DNA of 64,000 nucleotides from Obrimoposthia wandeli (lineage: Eukaryota), in NCBI GenBank assembly GCA_977020255.1, contig CDROCS010001101.1, positions 248,001 to 312,000 of the forward strand. The letters run 5' to 3'. Position 1 is the stretch's first letter. Each line of letters starts with the position of its first letter. This document shows, in pieces, positions 52,929 to 62,503 of this stretch. Under the pieces are notes generated by a model. The model made no database searches. It saw only the letters and a list, made by a program, of their open reading frames with translations, and had not been told where the DNA came from. A program made the translations under genes and the position numbers.

Positions 52929-52986
52929 TTAGGCTCTCCATTTGTTCACTAATGTCAGATGAATAACAAATTATCTCTACAAATTA

Positions 52987-54381
52987 CTAATAAGTATTAT
53001 CACTTTTTAAACAGGTCACTACGGTTAACATCAGAATTTTCACATCAAACCAGATAGACCATTGCAAAATATAGTAAAGATCAAACTCAATACGTTTTTG
53101 CATTTTATCTAATGTATCAGTTTCTCCTCGCCAACCACTTACCTGTGCCCACCCTGTGATCCCAGGTTTAACATGATGGCGTAACATATAAAACTGAATA
53201 AGTTTACGATACTCTTCATTGTGCGAAACAGCGTGAGGCCGGGGACCGACAACTGACATATCTCCCATCAGCACATTGAAAAACTGGGGAAGTTCGTCCA
53301 GAGAACTGCGACGTAAGAAACGGCCAAAAGGCGTGACACGTTTATCACCTCTTGTTGCTTGCGTCACTTTCCCATCAGACTCCATGACTGTCATGCTGCG
53401 AAACTTAAATACCGATATATGCTCGCCTCGCAGGCCATATCGACTTTGTTTGAATAGCACTGGACCAGGAGATGTTAGCTTAAGGGTTATCGCAATGAGG
53501 ATGAACACAGGGGAAAGTAGTATTATCGCAATGAGACTGACAGCGACGTCCTCAAATCTTTTCAACAAGATCTTAGAACCTAAATAAGGTGATTCAAAAA
53601 TACTAAGCGCATCAATTTTTCCGATATGAGTCACGCGTCCCTGCATAACGTCTGAAAGCATAAACGCAGGTACAACATAAACATCAACGGTCGTATCAGA
53701 TAACAAATTAATAATTTCAGCAATGCGTTTCTCAGCAGAAATAGGTAACGTGATAAAGAGAATATCGATATCACCATCTTTTGCTTGATGAATACATTTT
53801 GATATATCACTGATAACCGTTATACCTTCTGGTAATCGGTCTGTTTGCCTATCATCGAAGAAACCGACAAAATCGTAACCTAATTCATCACAATGATGGA
53901 TTTCATGATATAAATTAGCACCCGTTGAAGTAGCACCCAATATCGCCATTTTACGCAAGTTAATACCCAACTTACTGCGTACAATAGACCATTGATGTGT
54001 CATAATTCGCCACGTCGTACAGCTTAAAAATGCCACCAAAAACCATATTTCCAGCACATTAATAGGAAAAATAAAAGCGGTGTTAAGCCAGATACTAATG
54101 GCGAACAATATGATAAATGAAGTTGTAAATACTCCCACAACAGTCATTATCACGCTCATGAATCGCCCAACACGCCACGCTTGATATAAATGTAAAGCTT
54201 CAGCTATATATAAAAAGACAACCGCAGCTGAAAGCCCCATGATGATATATTCTTGCGACATTTTAAGATTATAGCTATTCATTACAAGTACTAAAGAGAA
54301 CGTAACACAACTTAAATCTAAAAATCGATATACAAAAGAATAATTTGCAAAACTAACCTTAAATGTATTAACAGGTTTCAA
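52987..54381 (-). CDS. wcaJ: Undecaprenyl-phosphate glucose phosphotransferase (WcaJ/VpsL-like priming transferase)
   Basis: KFRSM; RRSSLDELPQFFNVLMGDMSVVGPRP; VKPGITGWAQV; TTG start after AAGGA. Confidence 0.93.
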   Translation of the reverse strand: MKPVNTFKVSFANYSFVYRFLDLSCVTFSLVLVMNSYNLKMSQEYIIMGLSAAVVFLYIAEALHLYQAWRVGRFMSVIMTVVGVFTTSFIILFAISIWLNTAFIFPINVLEIWFLVAFLSCTTWRIMTHQWSIVRSKLGINLRKMAILGATSTGANLYHEIHHCDELGYDFVGFFDDRQTDRLPEGITVISDISKCIHQAKDGDIDILFITLPISAEKRIAEIINLLSDTTVDVYVVPAFMLSDVMQGRVTHIGKIDALSIFESPYLGSKILLKRFEDVAVSLIAIILLSPVFILIAITLKLTSPGPVLFKQSRYGLRGEHISVFKFRSMTVMESDGKVTQATRGDKRVTPFGRFLRRSSLDELPQFFNVLMGDMSVVGPRPHAVSHNEEYRKLIQFYMLRHHVKPGITGWAQVSGWRGETDTLDKMQKRIEFDLYYILQWSIWFDVKILMLTVVTCLKSDNTY

Positions 54382-54674
54382 AACACGATTCCTTAAATTA
54401 AAGTAGAATCATTTTAATAATGAACTACTGAGCTACAAAGACCCTGCTCATCCATTGAATATGTTATTGATAATCCGTTAGTTTATGTACATTTAAATAA
54501 GTAAGTTAATATTAAAACCAATACTCATTAAATATTCCATTAACTATAGCAGCGATTTTTTCAATAGCCGCTCCGAGTGTGTTTTAGATAAATATAAAAC
54601 CTCATATAGTTAAATGTTAATAGTTGAATGTTAAACTATCATTACATTGTGTATTATTAATAAGTAAGAATAGT

Positions 54675-55691
54675 ATGTTTATAACCTCCTTTCATTACTT
54701 TCGTGGTATAGCAATTCTATTAATTATTGGCGCTCACGTTCATGTCGGGAATGTAGAAATTAATAATCCTGTCTTTACTAATCTACTATCAGGGTCTACT
54801 GCATTATTTGTATTCATTAGTGGTTATTTATTTCAGCATTTAAAAAAAGGGGTGTTCAACTACCCATCATATTTAAATCGTAAATTTAAATTCGTAATCC
54901 TACCTTATTTAATATGTTCCACTCCAGCCTTAATAAACATAGCGTTGAGTGGCAGCTTTCATCCGTTACTTGGTGATGTTACGACCGTACAAGGCAGTTT
55001 AATAAACATCTTCACAGGTCGTCACATTACTGCTTATTGGTATGTTCCTTTTGCTTTATTATTATTCCTCAGCGCACCTATAATCATACATTTCTCATCG
55101 CTAAAAAATAGAACGCAATTAACGATTCTATTCATACTATCTATACTTGCTATCCTTGCTCACCGCCCTATCGGTGGGTTAAATCCATTTCACTCTTTCA
55201 TCTACTATATTCCCTTTTATCTATTTGGCATTTACTGTGTTGTAAATCGTAGTTTAATAGACAGAATGAGACCTTATAACTTAATATTTTTATTCTCAAC
55301 AATACTGTTAGCTTATATACAGGGAAATATAATAGGAGATGTAGGGAGTAGTCATAAAGACTTATTTGTTTTTTCAGGTTTAGATTTAAACTACATTCAA
55401 AAAATACTATTGTTACTTTTTTTCATAACGTCAATTGATGTATTGGAAAACTTTAATATAAAGCCGTTATCTTTTCTTGCCAAAATATCATTCTCACTTT
55501 ACTTTATACATGGTTATGTTTTGATTCTATTGACTCGTTTGTCGCTCGATGAAAAATTATTAAGTTTTGGTTTTAACGATATGACAGCAACATTAATAAA
55601 ATTAACGTTAGTTGTGACGATAAGTTCACTACTTTCAATGTTAATAATTAAAGTATTAGGTAAGAGGAGTCGGTATTTTATTGGAAGTTAA
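54675..55691 (+). CDS. Acyltransferase family 3 (OafA-like membrane O-acyltransferase)
   Basis: FRGIAILLIIGAH; FVFISGY; WYVP; SFSLYFIH; ATG at 54675 chosen (ORF track starts at 54624). Confidence 0.85.
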   Translation: MFITSFHYFRGIAILLIIGAHVHVGNVEINNPVFTNLLSGSTALFVFISGYLFQHLKKGVFNYPSYLNRKFKFVILPYLICSTPALINIALSGSFHPLLGDVTTVQGSLINIFTGRHITAYWYVPFALLLFLSAPIIIHFSSLKNRTQLTILFILSILAILAHRPIGGLNPFHSFIYYIPFYLFGIYCVVNRSLIDRMRPYNLIFLFSTILLAYIQGNIIGDVGSSHKDLFVFSGLDLNYIQKILLLLFFITSIDVLENFNIKPLSFLAKISFSLYFIHGYVLILLTRLSLDEKLLSFGFNDMTATLIKLTLVVTISSLLSMLIIKVLGKRSRYFIGS

Positions 55692-55740
55692 TAATAAATC
55701 ATTTGAACCACGAAAAACACTTGCTATTCACATTGTAAAC

Positions 55741-57177
55741 TCAACGTTTAATCTTATTTTTATTAACTATGAATCCAATAGCAACAATAAGTATAAGAGG
55801 TAGGACTACATTCGCTATATTATAAAAACTGTTTAAGTAACTAAATGAATTTATTGGTGTTTCGGCCGTTGATTCAAACAAGAAATTAAACAAGCTAATA
55901 AATACCAAACTAGACAACATTATGAACGGCTTCAATTTTTTTATTTTAAAGACATGATGATGTAATACATAAAAACATTGGAAATAATTAATAATAAAAG
56001 CAGCAACCAAGCTTGTACACAACACAGTCATGTCCCCCATATACACACCAAATATGATAGCGCTAACGTTAATAATCGATGAGAACACCCCACAATAAAA
56101 CATCTGCTTAGTTGCCCCCATTGCTTGATATAAGCCGCCAGTTGAACTTAGCACCATTTGAACCGGTATCGACAGGGCTAATATTTTCAGTAGCTCACTA
56201 ACGGCTAGCCACTGAGATCCAAACAAAATGAAGATAATGTCATCTGCATACCAAAATAAAATAGTAGCAGTCACCATTCCTAGTACTGCAAGTTTATAAA
56301 CTAATTGATAATAAGCATCTAGAATCATACCTGGTTGGGCTTTATAACGTGTTAAGACTGGCTGTAAGGCAGGATTAATGGCAAAGGTAAATAACTGTAG
56401 TGGATAGCGCATAAGTTGGTAAGTTTTCTCATAGAACCCCACGGTCGTCACACCAAAATATTTAGCCACTAATATAGTATCTAGATTTCGAGAGAAAAAA
56501 TTAAGTATATTAAAGCCAAGCTGGAATTTAGCTACCGCGAATAACGGCACGATACTTGATAATTTAGTACCAAATTTAGCTTGGCCTATCTCAGTTTGAG
56601 CTGAAAAACGATAATAGAATACAAACCGACCTATAGGCGTCACCAGTAGTTTAACCGCTAACGCTACCACCCCTAAATCAAGGTAGTACAAAAAGATACA
56701 AATCATGAATGCAATGATTTCTGCGTATACCTCCGCTTTACCAATGATAATAAATTTGGTGTCTTTTTGTAGTGATGCCAATGGTAACATCGCCATCGCG
56801 GAAAAAAGTACATTTAAAGCTAATACATATGTTAACAAATTGACGTGCGTTAAATGAAGCCAGTTCGCGAGTAACGGGGTAAGAAAAATAAATAATACCG
56901 ACAAACAACTGCCAATAATCAACGTCGACGTAAATATACCATTTCGCTGCTCAGCGTTGATTGAGTCTTGGTGAATAATGGCAGGTGCGAGTCCTGATGT
57001 AGCTAATAGTTGAAAAAAAAGGATAAGAACTTGTAGTGCAGCTAAAGTACCAAAATCTTCTGGGGTGAATAACCTGGCTAAAATAGATAACGATGTGATT
57101 TGTAATATATAAAGCGAATATTTTCCGATTAAACTATTAATAACACCTTGATTAAGCTCTTTATTTATTCCACTCAT
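55741..57177 (-). CDS. wzx: Oligosaccharide flippase (Wzx)
   Basis: ILARLFTPEDFG; FFSRNLDTILVAKYFG...GFY; about 12-14 TM segments. Confidence 0.9.
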   Translation of the reverse strand: MSGINKELNQGVINSLIGKYSLYILQITSLSILARLFTPEDFGTLAALQVLILFFQLLATSGLAPAIIHQDSINAEQRNGIFTSTLIIGSCLSVLFIFLTPLLANWLHLTHVNLLTYVLALNVLFSAMAMLPLASLQKDTKFIIIGKAEVYAEIIAFMICIFLYYLDLGVVALAVKLLVTPIGRFVFYYRFSAQTEIGQAKFGTKLSSIVPLFAVAKFQLGFNILNFFSRNLDTILVAKYFGVTTVGFYEKTYQLMRYPLQLFTFAINPALQPVLTRYKAQPGMILDAYYQLVYKLAVLGMVTATILFWYADDIIFILFGSQWLAVSELLKILALSIPVQMVLSSTGGLYQAMGATKQMFYCGVFSSIINVSAIIFGVYMGDMTVLCTSLVAAFIINYFQCFYVLHHHVFKIKKLKPFIMLSSLVFISLFNFLFESTAETPINSFSYLNSFYNIANVVLPLILIVAIGFIVNKNKIKR

Positions 57178-57225
57178 AAATGTACATGCCTATCATTAAA
57201 TAAATATTTAACTCACACTGTATCG

Positions 57226-57250
57226 TTCATCATTCATCATTCATCATTCA
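57226..57250. repeat. 7-bp tandem repeat (TTCATCA x3.5) spanning the polymerase stop codon
   Basis: TTCATCA TTCATCA TTCATCA TTCA. Confidence 0.8.
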
Positions 57251-58469
57251 GATTTTTTACTAGATAAATACCGGATGACACAATAATTAAGATCATTAAA
57301 AGCCATGCCATATTTGCATCTCTAAATATTGTGGATTCAGTTACATTATGAAAAATTGGAATAACAAGCGCGGCATGCAAGTATACACTGTTAGATTTCA
57401 ACATAGATAATATAAGAAAAGTAAATATTAAAAACGAACCAACAATACCAAATTGTAGTAATAATTCTAGATAACCATTATGTGCTGATGATATATACTG
57501 TAAAAAACTATATTTATCATCTAATACGAATGGGATTATACCTACACCAAAATAACTACCATAGCCATAACCAAACGTTATTTTATCAAAAAAAGTAAGG
57601 TCATAATAGAGTGCATCCCATATAACGCCTCGGCCAGTAAAAAAATCATCATCAACATATAATGCAACATGCTGATAGTCATTCATGTGATAACTTACCC
57701 CTGGTATGAACACAAATAAACTAAAGAAGACGATTGTAAATAGTGTCGTGATCAACTTTATTTTAAACAAACTGAGATAAGTCATTAAGAAATAAATAAC
57801 ACACAGTACAATACTTGTTTTACTCTGAGTTAAAATGAGTAACAAAAACAAAAAAACTAATATTACATTTAGAAATTTATTGTTTATATCGAATGATTTT
57901 ATCCACATGTGGCTAATTACAATAAGTACCGCGAGGTTGATACCCATCGTGTTCTTTGAATTTAAATATCCAGCTAATTGCATATCTTGATTAAAACCGG
58001 CACCTTGAATAATAGCGATAAAAACCATAACTATACATGTTAAAATAGCCCCTTTCAGATTGAATTCAATACTCTTATGGTAATAAGAAAAACAAAACCC
58101 TAATGCTATAGAAGTACAAAAAATAACTTGAAATAATGCACGTTTCATGGAAATCATCGGGTAATTAGACCAAGTCGCGCTAATCACTGCAACAATACAA
58201 ATCATGGATAATATAAATATTTTATTTAACACTATCGGTTTTAGTTTATTTATTTCTGCGTTTATAAAAAAACGAAACGAAAAAAACATGAATAGAAATA
58301 TCCAAAATATCTGTTTGAAGAGATTACTTTGAGCAAGGCTATCAGTAATTGAACCTAATTCTCGGTCCATCATGCTCACCTTGCTGGTAAAGTCAGGAGT
58401 AAAAATACCAAGACAAAACAATAATATAAATAATAAACCATATTTCTCAAGCCAAAAAACAATATTCAT
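57237..58469 (-). CDS. O-antigen ligase/Wzy polymerase family membrane protein
   Basis: Many TM segments; LTQSKTS; FTGRGVIW; GYGYG; SAHNGYLELLLQFG. Confidence 0.85.
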   Translation of the reverse strand: MNIVFWLEKYGLLFILLFCLGIFTPDFTSKVSMMDRELGSITDSLAQSNLFKQIFWIFLFMFFSFRFFINAEINKLKPIVLNKIFILSMICIVAVISATWSNYPMISMKRALFQVIFCTSIALGFCFSYYHKSIEFNLKGAILTCIVMVFIAIIQGAGFNQDMQLAGYLNSKNTMGINLAVLIVISHMWIKSFDINNKFLNVILVFLFLLLILTQSKTSIVLCVIYFLMTYLSLFKIKLITTLFTIVFFSLFVFIPGVSYHMNDYQHVALYVDDDFFTGRGVIWDALYYDLTFFDKITFGYGYGSYFGVGIIPFVLDDKYSFLQYISSAHNGYLELLLQFGIVGSFLIFTFLILSMLKSNSVYLHAALVIPIFHNVTESTIFRDANMAWLLMILIIVSSGIYLVKNLNDE

Positions 58470-58660
58470 ATAACATCCTATCTAGAGGAAATAACACGAC
58501 GAGAAGACAAACAAGCCTTGCTTTGATAATCATATGACAATCAATTCAGTATAAATATGATATTAGACGTTAGGTAAGGATTTTGCATAACACTGAATGT
58601 CAAGGTGACGCTAATGCACTATCATTAACGTAGTTGCATTAGTAAGTTATAAGGTTTTGT

Positions 58661-59764
58661 ATGAGGTATGATGTTATAACTAAATATAAGAACAAGTTCA
58701 TCCGTTGTATTTTAATTTTACATATAGCTATTTTTTCAAATTCAGCTAATTCAGCATCGACCTTGACGAAGCCCGACTGTACAAAAATAATCACGACAGG
58801 TAAGCATAATCTGAACGATTCAATACCCACTTTTAATAAATTGATTTTTGCTTTAGAGCGCTACAATGAAGGCGACGTAGTCTGCCTTGCTGATCCTTAT
58901 CAACCAGTCATGACGATCGAGGATTTCGACGGTGGCAATAAGCCACTCATAATCCGACCTTTGCATTACCTTGGTACCACAATACAAAGTAAAAACTATA
59001 TTGGAACAGGTTTAACAATAAAAAATTCCAGTGGTATTATTATTGAAGGCTTGATCATAACAGGTGGGTTGAGTGCGATATTAGTACAAGACTCTTCGGA
59101 TATAACACTGATAGCAAATAGAGTATTTGATATCGGTAATCAAGCTATATCAATAAAGCCCAAATATTATGGTGGTAGCCACTACCTGATCAAAGACAAT
59201 ATTATTTTTAATACTGGACGGCTCCACCCCCGTTATGGAGAGGGCTTATATATTGGCGATGGTTCTTACACCAAAGATAAAAGCAGATTAAAAATACGCC
59301 ATACGGTAAGTGATGTAACCATACGCAACAACATCATTCACCACACCAACAACGAAGCGATTGACGTTAAAGCAAATGCCTATGACGTGAAGATAATCAA
59401 CAATAGTATCAGTAACGTTAATCTACAATTTAACGCTGCAATAACCGTGGCAACAGAGTCTTCATATGCAGAGCTGGGCGGTTACTTAATAGAGAATAAC
59501 GTGATAACAGATATCACCAATCGCTCTGGATATAGACCTATTGGGATTGCGGTAGGACATGGAGATACAGTCATTAAAAATAACCTTATCATTGATGATA
59601 AAGTTAAAGTTGTCGCTATTTGCTTATTTACTACTTTTTTAAATCCAACGTTAAATAAAGTTACATTAGATAAAAATAAATTTATCGGTAAAGGAAAACC
59701 TTTTTCAGAGGCTTGTACTGGCGGGACTAAGGATAACTCGAAAGCTATTGTGATCATAAAATAG
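58661..59764 (+). CDS. Secreted right-handed parallel beta-helix protein (pectin lyase-like fold)
   Basis: N-terminal signal-like segment; repeated I-x-N-N-x-I strands with GLYIG, AIDVK and IAVG turns. Confidence 0.75.
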   Translation: MRYDVITKYKNKFIRCILILHIAIFSNSANSASTLTKPDCTKIITTGKHNLNDSIPTFNKLIFALERYNEGDVVCLADPYQPVMTIEDFDGGNKPLIIRPLHYLGTTIQSKNYIGTGLTIKNSSGIIIEGLIITGGLSAILVQDSSDITLIANRVFDIGNQAISIKPKYYGGSHYLIKDNIIFNTGRLHPRYGEGLYIGDGSYTKDKSRLKIRHTVSDVTIRNNIIHHTNNEAIDVKANAYDVKIINNSISNVNLQFNAAITVATESSYAELGGYLIENNVITDITNRSGYRPIGIAVGHGDTVIKNNLIIDDKVKVVAICLFTTFLNPTLNKVTLDKNKFIGKGKPFSEACTGGTKDNSKAIVIIK

Positions 59765-59820
59765 ACTTACTATTAATAACCCCTGCACACATAAAAGCCT
59801 TAATAATAACAACATGGCGA

Positions 59821-59872
59821 ATAAGTAAAAGACTGCTAATGAAGTGACCCCCAATAGCAGCCTTTTACTTAT
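59821..59872. terminator. Terminator between the convergent beta-helix gene and mepK
   Basis: 18-bp stem with one mismatch (G.U on the minus strand): ATAAGTAAAAGACTGCTA/TAGCAGCCTTTTACTTAT. Confidence 0.75.
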
Positions 59873-59921
59873 CTCTAGATATTAACGATAACGATACTTT
59901 CCGTATTAATTACCTAATTAG

Positions 59922-60470
59922 TTACCACACTCTGACAGGCCCAGTATCAACATGGATAAACCCTGAATTAGGATAGTAGCCAACTCCACCTAGTTTTAAC
60001 GATATAGCCGCTTCACGTAAGTGAGATAATTTCACATCTGGTATGGCTATATCAATGGCCATACCACGCATATGATAACTTTTAGTCGCAACAGCATGGC
60101 TCTTGCTCGCCAGCATTTGGTTAGTTTTAGGTGAACGATATCCAGAAATAACATGAAATTCTTCTGAAATATTAAGTGTTTTGTTTAATTGATACAGCAG
60201 TTCATATAAACGATTATCCATTGGTGCCGCTAAATTTTGTCGGTGATCACGTAGTAAATGGCTAAAATCATTAAGTGTCTCTTCTTGATATAGACCATCT
60301 ACCCAGAACTGACCCTGAGCACGTTCTCTGGTATGAATATTGTAGAACTCTAAATTTCGATTACCCAGAATAGCCTGGCTTGCTTTAACTTTAATTGGCG
60401 AAACTGAATACACAGCTAACCCGCCAAGACCTAATATCACTTTTCTTCGTGTTGAACTGACTATTGACAC
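59922..60470 (-). CDS. mepK: YcbK/DUF882 (MepK) peptidase M15 family, Tat-exported
   Basis: Twin-arginine TRRKVIL; SGYRSPKTN; SYHMRGMAIDI; FIHVDTG; follows ldtD. Confidence 0.9.
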   Translation of the reverse strand: MSIVSSTRRKVILGLGGLAVYSVSPIKVKASQAILGNRNLEFYNIHTRERAQGQFWVDGLYQEETLNDFSHLLRDHRQNLAAPMDNRLYELLYQLNKTLNISEEFHVISGYRSPKTNQMLASKSHAVATKSYHMRGMAIDIAIPDVKLSHLREAAISLKLGGVGYYPNSGFIHVDTGPVRVW

Positions 60471-60539
60471 AAACCACCACTGATTAAATACTACACAACA
60501 ATAGTGGAATATATATGCAGAAAGCTATCAAATCAAGCT

Positions 60540-61838
60540 TTATCGCTGTAAAGCATAAATGTCATCACGATATTGACTTAAACCACTGTCATCCATCCAT
60601 GCAGTCCAATATACCAAATGTACTGGTAATACATCATTTAATTGAAACCATTTAGTCGTATTTCGAGTAATTTTCAATCGTGCCCACAATGACTTATTAT
60701 CGACGAGGCTGTTAGCGACCCAATCGGCCAGTTCATCTACTTTTTCAATACGAATACAGCCTGACGACAATGCACGATTAGTATGACTAAATAACTTAGG
60801 GTTAGTTGTATCATGGAGATACACACTAAAATCATTAGGGAAGTAAAATTTATAACGACCGAGCGCATTATTTGTCCCTGGCATCTGCTCAAGACGATAT
60901 GGGAATAATCCACCAGCGAGTTGTTGCCATTCATCAGCAGTCCTTTCGACCTTCTGATTATCATAATTAAAAACATTGAAGTTACGTTGATTGATAAAAT
61001 CACCATTCAACTTTACTTTAGGCAGTAAATCGTCTTCTAAAATACTACGAGGCACACGCCAACTCGGATTAATCACCATGCTTTTAATTTCACTCGATAA
61101 TATTGGCGTCGGTTTTTTAGGCTTACCAACGATAACACGTGATCTCAGTGCGATCTCACCATTATCACTAAGCAATAACTCGTACGCTGGTATATTAACT
61201 AAAAGATAACGAGGGCCAAGATTAGCCATGTAATCCATTTTTTCATCCATATTAACAGTCAATAACTTGGCTCTACGCTGGGGGTTAACGTTTAACCACT
61301 TTAATGTCGCAGGTCCAATAACACCATCAGCATCTAAACCATGACGACGTTGAAAATGACGAACTGCAAGTGCAAGATCAGCACTGTATATATCTGATAA
61401 TTGAATTGATGTCTCACTGTCACCTAACAAAATTAGCCTCGAGTGAATAGCATGGATCTCCGTGCTGCGGTCACCAATACGCAGTAAACCTGATAATTTA
61501 ATTTCATCCCAACTATATTGTGACGCCAGCCAATTTAAATAACTTACCCGACTAGAAAATTGCCTATTTTGCTTAGACATAGGTACCGTTACTTGGTCAA
61601 GAATCACAGGTAACAAATGATCCGGTTGTATATTTCGTTCATTCACAACCGCATAACGATCATTGATGATTTCGTTGATACCTATCCTTTCATTAAGGGA
61701 TGAAACCGAAACATATTGTTGTGGTAAAGCAAACGCCTGATGGCTATAGACGGACCCAATAAATAACAGAGACAATTTCAATTTTTTATATGGTAGTTTT
61801 TTCGATGACGAAAATATAGAACAGCACATTTTAAACAT
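60540..61838 (-). CDS. ldtD: L,D-transpeptidase YcbB/LdtD
   Basis: FQRRHGLDADG PG-binding; VNIPAY; QMPGTNNALGRYKF; YLHDT...SSGCIRI; canonical ycbB-ycbK pair. Confidence 0.92.
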   Translation of the reverse strand: MFKMCCSIFSSSKKLPYKKLKLSLLFIGSVYSHQAFALPQQYVSVSSLNERIGINEIINDRYAVVNERNIQPDHLLPVILDQVTVPMSKQNRQFSSRVSYLNWLASQYSWDEIKLSGLLRIGDRSTEIHAIHSRLILLGDSETSIQLSDIYSADLALAVRHFQRRHGLDADGVIGPATLKWLNVNPQRRAKLLTVNMDEKMDYMANLGPRYLLVNIPAYELLLSDNGEIALRSRVIVGKPKKPTPILSSEIKSMVINPSWRVPRSILEDDLLPKVKLNGDFINQRNFNVFNYDNQKVERTADEWQQLAGGLFPYRLEQMPGTNNALGRYKFYFPNDFSVYLHDTTNPKLFSHTNRALSSGCIRIEKVDELADWVANSLVDNKSLWARLKITRNTTKWFQLNDVLPVHLVYWTAWMDDSGLSQYRDDIYALQR

Positions 61839-61948
61839 GGCAAGCCCTCAACAAATATAAATTAAGTATGGCTAATAAATACTAACGAACAACTATTTCA
61901 TCGATTAATGCGCTAAAATAGCCCACTCGAATTTAACGTGAAGGTTTT

Positions 61949-62422
61949 ATGGAAAATAACATTACAGTATGGGTTGACGCAGACGCTTGCCCTGGCCCAA
62001 TGAAAGAAATACTCTTTCGCGCAGCGGTTCGCGTAAAAGTGCCATTGGTATTGGTCGCAAACCATTGGATACGAGTCCCTGCGTCTCCATATATTTCAAT
62101 GACCCAGGTACCATCAGGCTTTGATGTGGCAGATGATCACATTGTATTGAAAGTTGCTAAAGACGATCTGGTTATTACTTCTGACATTCCATTAGCCGCC
62201 GAAGTTATCGAAAAAGGCGCACATGTGATCACGTCTCGTGGTGAAAAATACACGTTGAGTAATATTCGAGAGCGTCTTAATATGCGGGACTTTATGGATA
62301 CGATGCGGGCAAGTGGTGAAAATACTGGGGGTCCACCAGCGTTAGGACCAAAAGATAAACAAGCATTTGGTAATGCGCTTGATCAATATCTTGCCAAGTA
62401 CGCCAACAAAAGCAATGCGTAA
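61949..62422 (+). CDS. yaiI: YaiI/YqxD family protein (UPF0178)
   Basis: WVDADACP; FDVADDHI; VITSDIPLA; [14 protein letters not shown]. Confidence 0.92.
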   Translation: MENNITVWVDADACPGPMKEILFRAAVRVKVPLVLVANHWIRVPASPYISMTQVPSGFDVADDHIVLKVAKDDLVITSDIPLAAEVIEKGAHVITSRGEKYTLSNIRERLNMRDFMDTMRASGENTGGPPALGPKDKQAFGNALDQYLAKYANKSNA

Positions 62423-62446
62423 TCATCCTGTACACTAAATCATTTA

Positions 62447-62485
62447 TCTATAACAACCATCTATAGCAACCACCTATAGAAACGA
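62447..62485. repeat. Degenerate 13-bp tandem repeat (x3)
   Basis: TCTATAACAACCA TCTATAGCAACCA CCTATAGAAACGA. Confidence 0.7.
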
Positions 62486-62503
62486 TGTAAACCGGAGCAG
62501 CTT

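Noticed and set aside
58580-58598. Sigma54-like GG-N10-GC upstream of the beta-helix gene
   Set aside because: The -24 element (TAGGTA) is a poor match to TGGCAC.
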